A program made the position numbers and the translations under genes. From Methanobacteriota archaeon (GTDB lineage: Archaea; Thermoplasmatota; Poseidoniia; Poseidoniales; Thalassarchaeaceae), in the NCBI GenBank assembly GCA_011523185.1, contig WTHI01000122.1, positions 39,962-99,855 on the forward strand: a stretch of 59,894 nt of DNA, given 5' to 3'. Under the pieces are notes generated by a model that worked only from the letters and a program-made list of their open reading frames with translations, was not told where the DNA came from and did not search any database. This document shows, piece by piece, positions 19,814 through 28,647 of the stretch; position 1 is the first letter of the stretch, and each line of letters begins with the position of its first letter.

Positions 19814-20920
19814 ATGGCAAACAGTAGTCTAGTAGACCGTAAACCGGTCACTAGCCATTTGGAAGATTTACACTCTTTAATTCGAAGAAGTGCGTTTGTA
19901 TTTCTTATTGCTTCTGTGGTAACAACAATTTGGGTAGAAACAATTCTCAATAATTGGAGCCTTTCTCAGTCACCCTCAGGTGCTCTATCTGTCTATGGTC
20001 CTTATGATTGGATAGAAATGAGATTCATGGCTGTAATCATTATTGCATCTGTCATTTCACTTCCATTTTTTTCTCTCGATTTGAGATTCTTCGCCAATGC
20101 AGGACTTCTATCTAATGAGAAGAGGTGGCTAGATTCATACTTGATTTTGAATGCAATAATTGTTCCGAGCATTTTGTATTGGGTATGGTTCAGTATGATT
20201 CCTTATTACATCGAAGCGGGTATTCAACTAGACTCAATATCTTCAGTCACTCCGAGATATGACGCCTCAGAATTATTTTCTTTGGCAAGTGGCATTTCTT
20301 GGATCTTAATTCTTACATTTACTTCTACACTATTCCTTTCCCTCTCAAGATTATTTGGTTTGGTTGAAGAAGGCCGGAGTAGATTTAGAAACCGAGTCTT
20401 TGCTATTGTCGGTGGTTTGCTAATTTTGACCCTGCCAGAAATTTTTGAAGGTCTTAGAATTTTGATTGCAATATTAGTATTGGTAACTGCTGAGGTAATA
20501 TCTCGAACAGTGCCGAAAGGTCCTTTGGGTCCGCGCAATCCAGAATTTACCCAATTTGTCGACAAAGATGGTTCAGTTCAAAAAATAGCTTTAGTTGACT
20601 GTTCATGTGATGGGGCTTGCCCGTCATTTAAGGAAAATTGGTTGCACCAAAAAATACCAATTCTTCGACCAAGTGCGCTATGTTTGGACGAAAATGAACA
20701 ATTGGCATTGAGAGAAATGGTGCAACGCAATTCACTCACTCGCTTGACTATCACTGGGTGTAATGGATATCCTTTACCAATCGATATTCGCTCTTACATT
20801 GAATCCAATCAAACTGAGTTAGACGGACTAAATTGGTTAGATGAAGATAATTCAAATTTACCAAACTGGAGAAAACAATCTTTGCAGTTTTATTCGTCAG
20901 AATATCGTAGATTGCCTTGA
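19814..20920 (+). CDS. tatC: TatC-family translocase component fused to a ~135-aa Cys-rich C-terminal domain
   Basis: The N-terminal HLEDLHSLIRRS corresponds to HLxELRxRL. FFANAGLLSNEKRW corresponds to the TatC F..P.L...E(R/K) motif. Six hydrophobic segments are spaced like E. coli TatC. The start lies 1 nt after the upstream stop. Confidence 0.68.
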   Translation: MANSSLVDRKPVTSHLEDLHSLIRRSAFVFLIASVVTTIWVETILNNWSLSQSPSGALSVYGPYDWIEMRFMAVIIIASVISLPFFSLDLRFFANAGLLSNEKRWLDSYLILNAIIVPSILYWVWFSMIPYYIEAGIQLDSISSVTPRYDASELFSLASGISWILILTFTSTLFLSLSRLFGLVEEGRSRFRNRVFAIVGGLLILTLPEIFEGLRILIAILVLVTAEVISRTVPKGPLGPRNPEFTQFVDKDGSVQKIALVDCSCDGACPSFKENWLHQKIPILRPSALCLDENEQLALREMVQRNSLTRLTITGCNGYPLPIDIRSYIESNQTELDGLNWLDEDNSNLPNWRKQSLQFYSSEYRRLP

Positions 20921-20969
20921 AATTGAAGCGATACCAATTCAACAATCCGTTCCCTTCAAGGGAACGGAG

Positions 20970-22991
20970 ATGTTCGATATCGGTATGAAGGGACTTAGGG
21001 CAGGGCTAGTGGCTCTGTTGTTGCTAGGTGCCATATATGTGCATTTTAATTCCGATATGGTGGATGATTGGGCCTCCAATCGAGTATCCAATGATGACGA
21101 TAGTGGGCTCCCATTATTGGGGGTTCAGGTTGATGAACAATGGTTAGTCCTTCAAGTTGAATTTCCGAATAACCAATTTTCAACTTCAACCGCCTCAGAT
21201 ATTCTAATCGGAGAAGGTTCTGCTGAGGAATACATTGACCAAATGACCGCTGGGTCTTCGTCTTTATCGGTGACATTATTTGATGAAGTTTGGCAAGCAC
21301 CATATGGAGTCAAAAATTGGGGTGAAGATGTTGCCGGAGAAAGAGATCATGGTGCAGATGGGAATGGGGCTGAAACTTTGCTCCGTGATGTTGCCTCAGA
21401 CCAACTACAAGGAATTGACCTTTCCAATTGGGACTTGAACTCGGATGGAGTAATCGACAGAATACTAATTCTGCACTCAGCACAACCTCAGGAAATGAAT
21501 GGTGGCACTGATTCACTTTGGAGCCACTTCACAGGAATGCAAGAACCATTAGAAATTGGAGATTGGAGAATTGAACACTTCACAATCGCTTCAGTACATT
21601 CTGGTGTAGGTACAGTTGTGCATGAAATGTTACACCAAATGGGTGCTTTAGATTTGTATGATGTTCACAGCGATTTGCCAACCAGTAATTGGAATGGCAT
21701 TGGTGACTGGGGGATAATGGCTAGTGGTAATTGGAACGGCAATGGTGCAATACCTGCCCTACCTTCCTCCTCTACTCTCGACCTAATTGGAGTTAAGAGA
21801 GGTATTCAGGTAGATCCGAATTTTTCCAATTATACCATCCAAGGAATATCTCAAGGAGGTTCATACCTTGAAATTCCAATTGCACCAAATGAATGGGTCC
21901 GATTCACACTTAGAGTCAATTCGGGATTCGATTCGGCCCTGCCTGGCCATGGAGTTATTGTTGAAATTCAAGATCAAAATAATGGCGATGAAGGTAACAA
22001 CCTTGTCAACACCGACCCGGAAAAAGCGTGGCTGAAAATTCTCGAAGCGGATGGCGATGCGGCCTTGCAACGAGGCCGAGATAGTGGCGCACCTGGAGAC
22101 GCTTTTACCCAAGGTGATCAATTGGGAGCAAATGGCATGCAAATACGAGATAGTCGAGGTCGTTTGGTACAATGGACAGCGACAATTGAGAGTATCAATT
22201 CTGAAGAGACAAAAATTAGTTTCGATTATCCGGAAAATCCCACGACAGTCGATGTATTACCTCCTAGGGGGCCGTTGGAAATTCTCGGACAAGAAACAAT
22301 TTTTGCCACAGTATTTGCAGAAACCCCTTGTCAATTAGAAATCGACGTCTACACTTCAAGCAATTCAGAAGGGGTCGCTCCAAGAATTGTTTCAATTGAG
22401 CAAGGGGAATCTACAGTAGAACTTGCTACCGCTAACCAAATGGCTCAGGGTTCAGGATATCTTCGAGGCACAATTGGTTGTGAAGGGGAAGAGAATTGGC
22501 AAATTGACTTAGACTGGTATTCCATAGGTCATAGAATCACTTCGGAACACCTTACTGCGGTTATTCCTTGGGATGAAAATTCCCAGCTCACACTATCTAC
22601 GTCTTGCTTGGGTGAAGGTTCACGAACATACTCTATCGCAGTCGAGGGAGCACTCTCTCGAATAGCCACTGTCCAAACCGCTGGGGAATTACAAGCATGC
22701 CCTGAAATCGTCCTAAACATAGTCCCTGATGGATTATTGAATCCAGGTATGATTGCAGAAGGTGAAATCGTTTTCGTCGACTCCTTCGGATTAGAACAAA
22801 GAGTTCCTGTTACACTTACTGCACAATCATCATTCAACGGGGATAGCCCTCTTTCTTGGCTCGTTCAACCTAGCAATGCAATCATGGTTATTTTCGTTTT
22901 ACTCGCAATTTCATTGATGCCTACATCAAATCCTAAACCAATTAACCAAAATCAACCTACAAACGAAGAAGACGAATCTCAAATATTGTGA
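20970..22991 (+). CDS. M6-family (InhA-like) metalloprotease, membrane anchored
   Basis: HEMLHQMGALDLYD matches HExxHxxGxPDLYD, with SLWSH upstream. There is an N-terminal signal/TM and a C-terminal TM. The start was trimmed to the ATG preceded by GGAACGGAG. Confidence 0.7.
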   Translation: MFDIGMKGLRAGLVALLLLGAIYVHFNSDMVDDWASNRVSNDDDSGLPLLGVQVDEQWLVLQVEFPNNQFSTSTASDILIGEGSAEEYIDQMTAGSSSLSVTLFDEVWQAPYGVKNWGEDVAGERDHGADGNGAETLLRDVASDQLQGIDLSNWDLNSDGVIDRILILHSAQPQEMNGGTDSLWSHFTGMQEPLEIGDWRIEHFTIASVHSGVGTVVHEMLHQMGALDLYDVHSDLPTSNWNGIGDWGIMASGNWNGNGAIPALPSSSTLDLIGVKRGIQVDPNFSNYTIQGISQGGSYLEIPIAPNEWVRFTLRVNSGFDSALPGHGVIVEIQDQNNGDEGNNLVNTDPEKAWLKILEADGDAALQRGRDSGAPGDAFTQGDQLGANGMQIRDSRGRLVQWTATIESINSEETKISFDYPENPTTVDVLPPRGPLEILGQETIFATVFAETPCQLEIDVYTSSNSEGVAPRIVSIEQGESTVELATANQMAQGSGYLRGTIGCEGEENWQIDLDWYSIGHRITSEHLTAVIPWDENSQLTLSTSCLGEGSRTYSIAVEGALSRIATVQTAGELQACPEIVLNIVPDGLLNPGMIAEGEIVFVDSFGLEQRVPVTLTAQSSFNGDSPLSWLVQPSNAIMVIFVLLAISLMPTSNPKPINQNQPTNEEDESQIL

Positions 22992-23068
22992 AGCATTACT
23001 TTCACTAACCGACTCAATACCTCTCTCTCGTTGGCTGATTGATAGGTGATTTGTATTGCCTTCAGACT

Positions 23069-23890
23069 ATGTCTCGGCCAACGAGTATTTCTTGGGGTGA
23101 TTCAGCAATAGATCTAGTATTACCAAAACCAAAGGTACCCTCTGTCCTCCTTATTGATCAACATAGAAAGGAATTCCAAGGTGCACTATTACGAATGGTT
23201 GCTAACGATTTGTCTGAATCTATACCAGTACATTGGATTGATGGAGGGATGGTATTCGACCCATCCCCTCTTCTTCCTTTGTTACGAATACGAGGTTGTA
23301 AAAATCGTGAAGTATTGTCGAATTTCCATATATGTCGTGGTTTCACAGCTCACCAAACAGCGTCGATTATTCAACGACTGTCTAATGAAGCAAGATCAAG
23401 AAATTCACCGAATAGACTGATAGAGGGGAGAATAATCGTGATTTCACAAATACCTAGGATGTTTATGGATACTCAACTTAAGAAATCGGAAGGGCGCTCT
23501 TTGTTGAAGGCAACACTTCAACGATGTAGGGACATTAGTAAAGATTCTAATTCCTTGGTGATTCTCACATCAAGTCGTAATTCATCACCACCGTTAAGCA
23601 AGGATATGCACGAGATTCTGAGACAATTTACAGATGATATACTGAGGATTGATGAACCACGCTCGAAAAAATCTAATCGTGGTTTGGCAAGAAAGAGATT
23701 ACACCTTTTGTCCCTTGATAGGGAAATGATTTGGTCACAATTGCCGTTTGGTCAAACCTCACTTCTGGAATTCCGTCACATCCAAACCTCTAGACTAGAT
23801 TGCCTCTTCGAGCCTGCAGCTACAACATCTTCATTCCAACCGAAGGGAGATAGTATCGAAGTGGCGGCTCGAACAGCTAGTGGAGTATAG
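23069..23890 (+). CDS. hypothetical protein with a RecA/RadB-like fold pattern lacking a Walker A motif
   Basis: The strand/helix pattern VLLIDQH...VHWIDGG.VFDP...FHICRGFTAHQ...IIVISQIPRMF...SLVILTS parallels RadB/Rad51 cores, but the GxxGxGK(T/S) position reads IDQHRKEF. The start is uncertain (GTG at 23039 or ATG at 23069). Confidence 0.35.
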   Translation: MSRPTSISWGDSAIDLVLPKPKVPSVLLIDQHRKEFQGALLRMVANDLSESIPVHWIDGGMVFDPSPLLPLLRIRGCKNREVLSNFHICRGFTAHQTASIIQRLSNEARSRNSPNRLIEGRIIVISQIPRMFMDTQLKKSEGRSLLKATLQRCRDISKDSNSLVILTSSRNSSPPLSKDMHEILRQFTDDILRIDEPRSKKSNRGLARKRLHLLSLDREMIWSQLPFGQTSLLEFRHIQTSRLDCLFEPAATTSSFQPKGDSIEVAARTASGV

Positions 23891-26163
23891 AATTCAGCAT
23901 CTCCTTTTTGTCCTGAAATGGAATTCGTTGCTGAGTTTATTTCTGATTGTAATCGCACCCTGTCGGTAGGCTGTTCTCTTTTCCAACCTGTTACGGCAAA
24001 ACGAACCTTCCTTCCAGGAGGTGTGGTTTGTTCTAGCGCTCGGGCACGAAGAAGAGCCGCTGCTGTCAGATTCATTACACGATGATTACCAGTTTCATAT
24101 CGTACTCTTCTACCTACTATCAATTGACTCAATGGCACTTCTCCTCTCTTCATACGAGATATTTCATCTTCAACACGTTGAGCCGCGATTTTCGGTCCAA
24201 TTCCAAATGGGTCATTCGCTAAATCTTCCATCATATCTTCTTGTAATTGCCTTATCCATTCACATGTTGAATGCTGGCGTAATTCAATCCCTCTAACCTT
24301 CCACTCTTCTCCTATCTTTGCATAGTATTTTGTGAGTGCACCAACTCCTGTAGTTCTATTTGGGATGAATGCAATCCAATCATATTCATGTTCTAGTTCA
24401 AGAGGTATGCCAACCAATGCTTCAATTCTAGCCATCAAACGTTGGTATGAATCTCGTTTTTCTTCCTCGCTTCGATTCTTTCTATCTTTAATCCAAATAG
24501 CGTCTACTATAGCGTGTATGCAATCCCATCCTTCTTTGTTTGCTTCTTCAATAGTGGTCAGGAGTATTTCACGAGACCAAGCGCAAATAGCCTCGTGACA
24601 TTCTATTCTACCAAAGCGTGCATTTCGATAACCAGTATAGCCAAAACAAGTTACTAAGATCCACTTCAGAACATTTTGTCTTCTGTCCCAAACGTCTCCT
24701 TTGTTCTGCCTTTTTTCTTTCAATACATTCCGTCTTTCAATTATAGGTGCTACCACTCTACCTAGGAATCCATGCCTTTTCGTACAGACATGTAATCCAA
24801 GTTCGGGTACAACTAATTTCAGATTTTCATTATTTTTTTGCCTTTTTTGAATTTCAGCAGCAGCTGTTTTTACATTCAACGATAATCTCCCATCTTTTCT
24901 TGAATGGCCCGAATCTAGATTACAGCACAAACAATTCATAGTTTCAGGACTAATGTTTCTAGTTGCAATTATGCTGGGGAATAAACTCGCAAAATCTAGT
25001 TCGATAACACCTTGGTGAACACCAACAATTGGGTCTAAGTATAGTCCACCCCGATCAGCCAACATTATTTGTTCAGCATCTTTCATATCTTCTGGCCTAT
25101 TCTTTTTCCAAGGAATCAATACTCCATCTTCAATCGATTGTCGAATTTGCATAGCTGAAATTGCTGAACCCGGTGATAATCTCGATAGGTCCGCTGCTGG
25201 TAATCCCGAAGCCCTTGATAATTCCATTAACCCCTCAATCCCACCTTCTTTGCCTATGAAAGAGCGTCCCATATCAATGTGTAATCGCCCTTCTAAGGAA
25301 TGGTACGCTTCTTTTCTTAGAAGTCGGCCGTAGCTCCAAGCCACACGTTCTTGAGAGCGAGGTTTACTTCCTCTTCCATTTCTACTAATATTCAGTTTCA
25401 CTCCCGACTTCTCGGCGAGTCTAATCAATGCAGGAATGTCTACATTGTCTCCATCATGGGTGATTACAATGTCGGGGTCAATTTCCTCTATTTTTCTGTG
25501 GAAATCATCTAACATATGGGCAGAGCAAGTATATGCGTCGGCAACCAAAGTTTGACTGAATGATTTGCCTTCACAATAAATTACTCCCTTGTCAACTATT
25601 GTGATACTAGAAATTGGTGCGCTAGCCTTTCTTTTACCATTTACATCTAGGCAACAAACATCGAGTTCGATGATTCTAAGAGGTGGAAGTTGCCAATCAA
25701 CTTCGTCTCTTGTATCTAAGGGAAAAATTTGGTTTCCAATTATCTTCACTCTCCCAAATGGATGGGTTTTGAGGTCTAACAAAAATTTCTGAGTGATTTT
25801 TGGGTCAACGGAAAAAAGCTCGAAATTTCGCCATGAACCATTTGCATCAATCATCTCTGCAATTTTTCTTATCTTCGATGGCTTCTGTAAATTAACTGCC
25901 AGGACTTCCACCTGTTTTTGTGATTCATGTGAGGTACGATGCCTTTCCCTTCTCAATGATAGTGCTCCAAATGGACGTTGGTATTCAGGTCTAGAAAGGG
26001 CTCTACCTAGTTCATCTAATCTGTGCGATTCTCCATGAACATGTATCGTGAATGACCATGGCATTAGGATCTGTTGAACTCCCCCATCGTCTTTCTTTAT
26101 CCATAAACTCATACATTCGGTTTTGATATCTAGATGACAATCAAGGATCCATCCTTCATCCAT
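23776..26163 (-). CDS. polB: family-B DNA polymerase with degenerate catalytic motifs (PolB2-like)
   Basis: Motif A is DFASLFPSI. The motif B region reads KWILVTCFGYTGY and the motif C region reads AIVDAIW. The Exo I and Exo II regions read IELDV and DGDNVDIPAL. The C-terminal DAEFY...FGW...QSSLEVWM resembles archaeal PolB tails. Confidence 0.85.
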   Translation of the reverse strand: MDEGWILDCHLDIKTECMSLWIKKDDGGVQQILMPWSFTIHVHGESHRLDELGRALSRPEYQRPFGALSLRRERHRTSHESQKQVEVLAVNLQKPSKIRKIAEMIDANGSWRNFELFSVDPKITQKFLLDLKTHPFGRVKIIGNQIFPLDTRDEVDWQLPPLRIIELDVCCLDVNGKRKASAPISSITIVDKGVIYCEGKSFSQTLVADAYTCSAHMLDDFHRKIEEIDPDIVITHDGDNVDIPALIRLAEKSGVKLNISRNGRGSKPRSQERVAWSYGRLLRKEAYHSLEGRLHIDMGRSFIGKEGGIEGLMELSRASGLPAADLSRLSPGSAISAMQIRQSIEDGVLIPWKKNRPEDMKDAEQIMLADRGGLYLDPIVGVHQGVIELDFASLFPSIIATRNISPETMNCLCCNLDSGHSRKDGRLSLNVKTAAAEIQKRQKNNENLKLVVPELGLHVCTKRHGFLGRVVAPIIERRNVLKEKRQNKGDVWDRRQNVLKWILVTCFGYTGYRNARFGRIECHEAICAWSREILLTTIEEANKEGWDCIHAIVDAIWIKDRKNRSEEEKRDSYQRLMARIEALVGIPLELEHEYDWIAFIPNRTTGVGALTKYYAKIGEEWKVRGIELRQHSTCEWIRQLQEDMMEDLANDPFGIGPKIAAQRVEDEISRMKRGEVPLSQLIVGRRVRYETGNHRVMNLTAAALLRARALEQTTPPGRKVRFAVTGWKREQPTDRVRLQSEINSATNSISGQKGDAEFYTPLAVRAATSILSPFGWNEDVVAAGSKRQSSLEVWM

Positions 26164-26413
26164 TCCTCAACCTCTCAATTTCGTCTTCGATTTTTGAGAT
26201 TCTCTCGTACGCTTCGACTAACATCGCTAGAAATATTGGTTCCATAGGGTCGACTGTGGGTATCATTCCACAAGCCGCCGCTCTGTTTCTAGCGGCATTA
26301 ACCATCGAATCGTAAGCTGAACGTTCTTGCGACCTCAAAGTTCTACGAAACTGCTTCCAACCCTCTATTCTTTCTTCCCCTCTCATCCTCCAAGTTGCAA
26401 CTGTTCGACCCAT
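26156..26413 (-). CDS. 85-aa helical hypothetical protein, translationally coupled to polB
   Basis: Its stop overlaps the polB start (ATGGATGA). No motif is recognisable. Confidence 0.4.
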   Translation of the reverse strand: MGRTVATWRMRGEERIEGWKQFRRTLRSQERSAYDSMVNAARNRAAACGMIPTVDPMEPIFLAMLVEAYERISKIEDEIERLRNG

Positions 26414-26493
26414 GGGCTTTCTTGGCGGATCAAATCGCCTAACCTTCTTTTTGTAGGCAGGGGGGTATATTATAGCGAGTAAAAGTGAAAAAA

Positions 26494-27492
26494 TCAGCGT
26501 TTACTTGGATTCGACCATCGTGAGTCTGCAGGTGGTCTAGTTATCGCTAGATAACTCCATGAATCTCCCTTATTGACAGGGTGTAACCAAATTTTGTTTA
26601 CTCCAGACGCTAATCTGGAGGCGAGGCAAGCACCGGCCCAATCTCTTGGTGCATCCTCTGGCAAGACTACGAGGAAAGGTGCATGATCATCTCCTAGAGG
26701 CTTATCATAACATCTCCATCTAGTACCGTATTTGAATCCGGGTCGAATTACTAGACCCCTATTAAGCAAGTCAGAAAGAATCATTGCGCCTTCCGATAGC
26801 GGATTTAATCCTTGAATAATTTCACATGTGATTGAATCAAGATGAATACCCCCTGCGGTGGGTACTCCTAATTGTTGGATTTTCCAATCATCGGACGGAT
26901 ATAGCAAACCGTCGGCTGAGGTAATTCCTCCAGATAAATTAGCTAGAGATTCTATTACCTCATGATCTTGAAATGATCCACGGGGGTTTTGAGAGGATAG
27001 TTGGTATGTTACAACACTCAACTCTTCATCTACAACCAAAACCTCCGGCGTTCTTCCGGAATTGCTTACATCAATTGTCCATTGATGTAATTCTATTGCA
27101 TCCAATTTATCGGATTCATGAAACCATCGTATTTCGGAAATCGCTTTACTATTTCTTGGATGAGTATTCGAAGTCCATCGAGCAGCCCAAGACTTAGGGT
27201 GAATTTGTTGAGAAAATAGCTCCATATTTTGAGATAAAACAATTTTGTTACCCGGTACACGAAGAGCCTCTAGGATAGAATATTCTTGTAATAGCATCGG
27301 GTTTTGATTTAGTGCGGTATTCATCCAATCATTTGTTGGTAGCTCTATGTGCCTGTGATAGTGAACGAACAATGTCTCAGCCGGAGATAACTCTAGTTTC
27401 CCCTCTCCATTTGGTCTGCCTATCGCTGATTTTTGCCATAGTCTTTCGGCGGCTGCCCCCTCGTAGACCCAAGTCCCAGAGTGGTCAGCCAT
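26494..27492 (-). CDS. endA: tRNA-splicing endonuclease (duplicated, homodimer-type)
   Basis: The C-terminal catalytic domain GFKYGTRWRCYDK...HAPFLVV...ASGVNKIW carries the Y/H/K triad contexts. The ~330-aa length is consistent with the two-repeat form. Confidence 0.8.
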   Translation of the reverse strand: MADHSGTWVYEGAAAERLWQKSAIGRPNGEGKLELSPAETLFVHYHRHIELPTNDWMNTALNQNPMLLQEYSILEALRVPGNKIVLSQNMELFSQQIHPKSWAARWTSNTHPRNSKAISEIRWFHESDKLDAIELHQWTIDVSNSGRTPEVLVVDEELSVVTYQLSSQNPRGSFQDHEVIESLANLSGGITSADGLLYPSDDWKIQQLGVPTAGGIHLDSITCEIIQGLNPLSEGAMILSDLLNRGLVIRPGFKYGTRWRCYDKPLGDDHAPFLVVLPEDAPRDWAGACLASRLASGVNKIWLHPVNKGDSWSYLAITRPPADSRWSNPSKR

Positions 27493-27588
27493 ACCTCGCG
27501 GAGAGAACCTACTCGCTTGAGTTAGTCGGTCATGATTTGACCATTAAGCACCCCCAAAACTCATTCGCTCCCAACCGTTGGAAGGTTC

Positions 27589-28647
27589 ATGGCGATTGAT
27601 GAAGACACAGTCTCCCGCATTGAATCTCTAAGGCGATTACGTTCCAGCCTCAATGATATGGAAGGTTCTCAGGTGACATTGCTAGGTGATGTTATGTTAG
27701 ACCGTTATCACCATGGATATGCGAATAATCTAAACTCTATCGCACCAGTTCCTGTGTTGAAAATTTTCCAAACCGATGAGAGCCCAGGAGCAGCGGCTCA
27801 TATTGCAAGGGGGCTTAACTCAATAGGTCTAGATGTTGATTTTCACACGTTTGTGGGAAATGATAGAGAAGGTAAAGCAATTGAAGATATGTTAACTGAA
27901 GATGGAATTGCAATAACGGGGATAGAATCAGTTTCAGATAGGCATACGCTCGTGAAAATTCGATTTTTTGGTAGCAGAGAAAGCCTGCTTGAAGAGAGCC
28001 AAATCTTACTACAGGCTGACAGAGGCCCACTTGACCCAATTGATAACTCAATGTCTGATAAATTAGCAAATAATGCTATGAAGCAATTGGAGAATAGTTG
28101 CGCTTTGGTAATCTCAGATTATGATAATGGTGCGGTTACTGTAGCCAGCGCCTCAAAATTGATTGGTGCTGCGAGAAAGAATGGCATTCCCGTCATAATG
28201 GACCCAAAACTAACCGGTTTAGAACGGTCTCGAGGTGCTACGGTGGTTCTAGTTGAGATGAGGGGTATGGAACTTATGCGTCGACGTTTGGAGGCTTCCG
28301 ATTCAGCCTCCGCAGCTTCTGAACTAATTTCTACATACGATTGGGATGCATTGGTAGTTTTGGGAGGAATTAATGGAGTAACTCTCTATCAATCAGAGGG
28401 TGAAGTAATTCATTTCGATTGTACAGCCCCCGCTCCAAAACAACAGATAGGTTTGCATGACGCTGCGGCAACAGCATTGGCAGTAGCATTAGGAAACGGG
28501 TTACAAATGGAAGATGCTGGTTTACTAGCCGCTGCCGCCTGTGACTGTATTCTAACTGCTGAAGCCAGTCAAGAATTCGTAGATATTGATGAACTAGGTA
28601 CGTGGCTAGATGAATTGGTGTGGCAAATGCAGATTTCAGAAAGGTGA
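27589..28647 (+). CDS. PfkB-family sugar kinase, RfaE/HldE domain-I-like
   Basis: LLGDVMLDRYHHG........APVPVLKI....ESPGAAAHIARGLNSIG parallels the heptose-7-phosphate kinase N-terminus. The protein has a PfkB-like C-terminal half. Confidence 0.65.
   Translation: MAIDEDTVSRIESLRRLRSSLNDMEGSQVTLLGDVMLDRYHHGYANNLNSIAPVPVLKIFQTDESPGAAAHIARGLNSIGLDVDFHTFVGNDREGKAIEDMLTEDGIAITGIESVSDRHTLVKIRFFGSRESLLEESQILLQADRGPLDPIDNSMSDKLANNAMKQLENSCALVISDYDNGAVTVASASKLIGAARKNGIPVIMDPKLTGLERSRGATVVLVEMRGMELMRRRLEASDSASAASELISTYDWDALVVLGGINGVTLYQSEGEVIHFDCTAPAPKQQIGLHDAAATALAVALGNGLQMEDAGLLAAAACDCILTAEASQEFVDIDELGTWLDELVWQMQISER

Noticed and set aside
20841-20969. Upstream extension of the M6 protease ORF
   Set aside because: It overlaps the tatC-fusion 3' end and lacks signal-peptide character. 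The ATG at 20970 is preceded by GGAG and begins a typical hydrophobic signal anchor.
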